From Paragordius varius (lineage: Eukaryota; Animalia; Nematomorpha): a DNA stretch of 64,000 nt. The translations under genes and the position numbers were made by a program. Below, piece by piece: positions 59,831-64,000 of this stretch (the stretch's first letter is position 1; every line of letters begins with the position of its first letter). Location: contig OZ176050.1 in NCBI GenBank assembly GCA_964247055.1, positions 12,090,001 to 12,154,000 on the forward strand. Direction: 5' to 3'. Under the pieces are notes generated by a model. The model saw only the letters and a program-made list of their open reading frames with translations, was not told the DNA's origin and ran no database searches.

Positions 59831-62800
59831 CTATTTTACTTCATTTTGCTAATTATTATTCTTTAAACAATTTAATTTTCTAAACTTGTTATTATAAAGT
59901 GAGCACATCACAGATATTATTCCATTAATGTCCGCAGACCCACGATATCCATATTTATTATAAACGCTTTATTCTTTGAGGCACTAATTAAACCACATAA
60001 ATAATTAATAATGATTCTATTAATTTTATTCATTTTAATGAGCATTTAATGCTTTTTTGTTTTCATTATTCATTTCTAAATCTTCAATCATTGATAATAA
60101 ATTAAATTTTATGATGTGACTTTAACTTTTTTTTACTATTTTTATTTGATTTTTTTTGCTAGATTGGGTCGCAAAGAACGTGAATGCCGCGAAGCTGAAA
60201 AAACTATTGCCAACATTGAGGAAGAGTTGAATGATTTAACGGGAAAATTCAATTCCGCTTGCAATGATAAAAAACGGCTTGAAGATGATAATAAGGTTTT
60301 TTTCTTTTTATCCATTCATTCCACAAATATATAATTTTATCGATAATTTTTAAATGGATTTTTGAGTTTTGATTAAATCTTACTATAGTTAAATTTTTAT
60401 TTTTACCCTTATCGGAAGTTTGTCTTTTAGTTAACAATTCATAAGTAAAAAACGTTTATGCTTCATTGTTTTATATCATTATTTATATGAATATTCTTCA
60501 TATGTTACATCAAAAAATTATATTGTACACATTAGAAGACTTTTACGAAACATTAATGAAAAAATAAATTAACATGAATCAAAAAATCTAGCTACTAAAT
60601 TTATTTTAATAATTTACCAAATTTTTCATACTATAAATATCCATTTAGCAATACCGGTTAGATAATATGAATTTGGAAAAGCAGTTGGCTATGACGAAAA
60701 AGCAATTGGAGGAAGAAATGTTAATGCGCGTCGATCTCGAGAACCGCGTTCAAAGTCTCAAAGAGGATCTCGAATTTAAAAAGAATGTACATGAAAAGGT
60801 TTGTTATTAGTTTTTGCTCCGTTTATTAAATTATTTTTAAATATAAACCATTAAAGATTGAACATAAAGGTAAGGCTAATATTATTAATTGTTTTAAAGA
60901 ATATTTCATATATTAATCCTTGATTTTAGCAATAATAAACCTATATGATTAAGTGAAATATTAAATTGAGCCGGTTACCAGTTTATATCTCTGTTTATTA
61001 TTTTGCAACCCAAACAATAGTTTTTATATTTAATATTAAGGTTTTTTGAAAAAAACTATCTTTTACCTTTTTTAAAATGAATAAAATATTTAATTTCAAA
61101 AAAATATTATAGGAGATTTCAGAGATTAGGACTCGCCGTGAATTAGCTATCCGTGAAATCGATGATAAATTGCATCAAGAATATGAACATAAGCTTGAAG
61201 ATGCGTTGAAAGATATGCGTTTCCATCACGATAAACAGATTCAATTGGCACGCGACGAAATTGAGGACATGTTTCAACATAAGGTATAAAATTATTTTCT
61301 CAATTAGCGGTTTTCATTTTCCTATTTGCTTAAATTTTATTAGTTTAAATTAAAAAATTTGCACATTAAAGTGCAATAAGGCTTTTTTGCTATTTTGTTA
61401 AATGGTAGTATTGATTTATATGGATTCACGTATAATAAATTAAAGAGTTTTTAACATTAGGTAAAAAATAGACTTTTATATATTTTGTGGAACATCTTTT
61501 TAAGTTGTTCGAGTTTTACTAGGTAAAGTTAAAATATTTTAACATAAAGTGCAATATAGACTTTTTTTGGTTCTCTAGAGTGGTTTGGTTAAGGGATTTA
61601 AATATTAGTTTAAATACAGGTGCAAGAAGGTTTTTCTCGTTATTTAGCGTATGTTTTTATTAAGTTGTTTATTAGATTTTTAATTTTAAGGTGCAAAATA
61701 GACTTTTTTCTGCTATTTTGAGCGATATAATTAGAGTATTATGTTATAACATTATTTTATTACAATTTTTAGAATAATTTAAAAATATTAATATTTATAT
61801 ACAGAGAACTATCGTAAAATAAATTATTACGGTATAACATTACATTTTTTAGGAAATTTGTTTATAGTAAATATGAAATTGCAAATATTTTAATAAAAAT
61901 ATGGTTTTAATTATTTTTTTATTTTTGCCTATTATATCCATTATGTTAATGATTAATGCAATGTATTGAGTGAAGAGATACATAATTTTTTTATGGTTTT
62001 GTGAAGATATTTTGTTTGTTGTGCAATTTATCCAAGAACCCAATTCAAAATTGATCTGATTAAATTTTAGTGATTATTTAGGGCTGTTTTGAAATTTTAT
62101 TGTTTTTACCAATAAACTAATATTTTATTTTATTTCTAGTATTAATGAATAGCATTGGACTGACCGCTTTTAACACAATAACCAATCAAATTTAACATTT
62201 AATCACGAAATATAGATAAAAATTAATCGCATAATATTAAATTGAAAGTTGTGAAATTTCAATAATTTTTTCTTGTTTAATAAAAAAACACTAAATAATA
62301 ATTTTGTATTTCGTTTTTTATATATAGCATTTTTGTTATAATTAATTAGTTATGACCGTTAAGAGCATATGCACGATTAGACCATAAATTAGAACTGCCA
62401 AAATCTATTTGCAAAATATATTTTTGCTTTTTACGCACAAACACACCATAAAACGCACAAGGAAAGAGAAAAAAATTATAAGCAAATACAATAAAATACG
62501 GCAAAGTTATAGGGAAAATCATCTTTTAGTATACAAGTTTTATTTTATAATAAATTATATACAGTTGGCTGATCTCCAAAGCAATTCACAACGCGAATCC
62601 GATATAGCATCAACGCTGAGGGAAGAATTGTATACCCTGAGATCCCAAGAGGAGGAAGTAAAGAGTCGTTTGAGGGGTGTTGAATCAGCCTTGAATGCCG
62701 CAGAGGCTAGAATCAAAGACTTGGAAAATAATCTTGAAAGGTTGTTTGTCTTCAAATCTTTAAAATGTTTTGTTTTGTGATAAAGCATATAGACAGAAAA

Positions 62801-63856
62801 ACAATTATGAGAAACGTTGCTTTTGGAACAATCTCTTCAAGAAATGTGATTTTGGGAGAGTCTATTACATAGATAGCTGACCGATTTTTATCAATTTTCG
62901 TAAAATTAACTTTTGCTCCTCTTTTGTGCAATACTATTTATGCAAATATATGGGCCTAAAACTGATTTCCAATTTTTCTGTAAAAGTTTAAGGGACATGA
63001 AAGTTTTTTAGTGTTAAGCTATTTTTTATATATTCCAATTAATTATAGTTGATGTTAATAATTTGTTAATATAGGAGTATCACTTTAAAATATTTTTTTA
63101 CATAATTTTTTCAGTATTATTATTATTAATCTTTTCATCTTATATATTTTGTGTAGAGAAAAACTTGACAAAGAACGTAGTATACGGGCACGAGATGAGG
63201 AAATTAAACGATTGCGTGAAACAATGTCAGATTATTTGCATGAATACCAAGAATTGATGGATATCAAATTAGCTTTGGATATGGAGTTGGTTGCATATCG
63301 TAAAATGTTGGAGGGTGAGGAAGCTAGGTAATTTTACCGAAAAAATTTAAGGAAATAAATTTATAATTTTCAAGCAAAAATTGTTTTTTTATCGTTAGAT
63401 GAACTTCATCAGGAGGAATATTTTTTAGCATATTTTGATGTGAGATAATCGGTTTTGTTTTTTTATTAGAACTGGCTTAATTATTTATATACAAAATAAA
63501 TGATCAAACACCTGAATTTTTTGTCTTACTTTCATATAAGATATTGAAATTTAATATACAGAAACATATTGAAAAAATAAAAAACATATTTAACTGTTTC
63601 TTTTGTTAGCGGTATTAAAAACTAATTAATTGTTTTGGTTTTTCATTTTTTCAGTTTGTTTTGTCTGAATTCTCTTTATATGTTTTTTTAATTAGATTAA
63701 ACCTGACACCTTCAAGCAAGCAATCTAGCGTTGCACGAACTTCTGTTGAACGATCTCAATCAGCATCTCAAAACACTTCTAATCGAACCGCAGGTGGTGC
63801 CTATAAGGAAACTCCGAAAGCTACTCCTATGCCATATCTGGAAAAACATCACCAAG
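57278..63856 (+). CDS. Lam: Lamin (nuclear intermediate filament); 3' part unresolved or beyond the window
   Basis: Exons 57278-57663, 60163-60295, 60649-60798, 61113-61283, 62565-62740, 63157-63327, 63696-63856. Motifs [29 protein letters not shown] (CDK1 site plus coil 1A), [17 protein letters not shown] and [28 protein letters not shown]|LNLTPS. Confidence 0.95.
59283..59665 (+). repeat. Interspersed repeat family C in lamin intron 1
   Basis: Colinear with 45230-45590. Confidence 0.75.
59779..59826. repeat. (AT)n microsatellite
   Basis: Uninterrupted TA run. Confidence 0.95.
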
Positions 63857-64000
63857 GTAATTTGTTATAGATGTGATAAATAGTATTTGTAATGCACCCG
63901 CTTCCTCATATCCCGATTATGGGAAAGATGGCTCATTTTTTTATTATAACCTCTGAAAATACAATTAATATATATTTGATTGATTGCTTTCCTATTGTCT

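Noticed and set aside
62555-62788. 77-aa minus ORF, and similarly 37165-37386, 40407-40592 and 31562-31753
   Set aside because: Antisense shadows of lamin, NDR and CSPG4-like exons.

Overview
This is AT-rich eukaryotic (metazoan) genomic DNA with spliceosomal introns. It contains no prokaryotic operons, CRISPR arrays or recognisable rRNA/tRNA genes. I reconstructed exons by hand, checking GT/AG signals and reading phase. Genes found: an 18-exon LRP-family YWTD/EGF protein (minus, 3' end at or beyond the left edge), an intronless LRR transmembrane protein (+), ribokinase (+), a reduced CSPG4/NG2/kon-tiki-like membrane protein (-), a candidate 48-aa two-exon micro-ORF (+), an NDR/tricornered kinase with a ~400-aa C-terminal extension (-), an intronless class A peptide-type GPCR (+), a divergent ENTH protein (-) and a lamin (+, running off the right edge). 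Non-coding space is dense with small DNA transposons: at least six MITE/foldback families, one nested insertion, a decayed mariner and an internally deleted hAT. The most striking signal is a class of 24-29 nt spliceosomal introns at the 5' ends of the kinase and ribokinase genes, including one apparent GT-CG intron, alongside 0.1-3 kb introns. All family assignments come from remembered motifs, not database searches. A few apparent anomalies could be single-base assembly errors.
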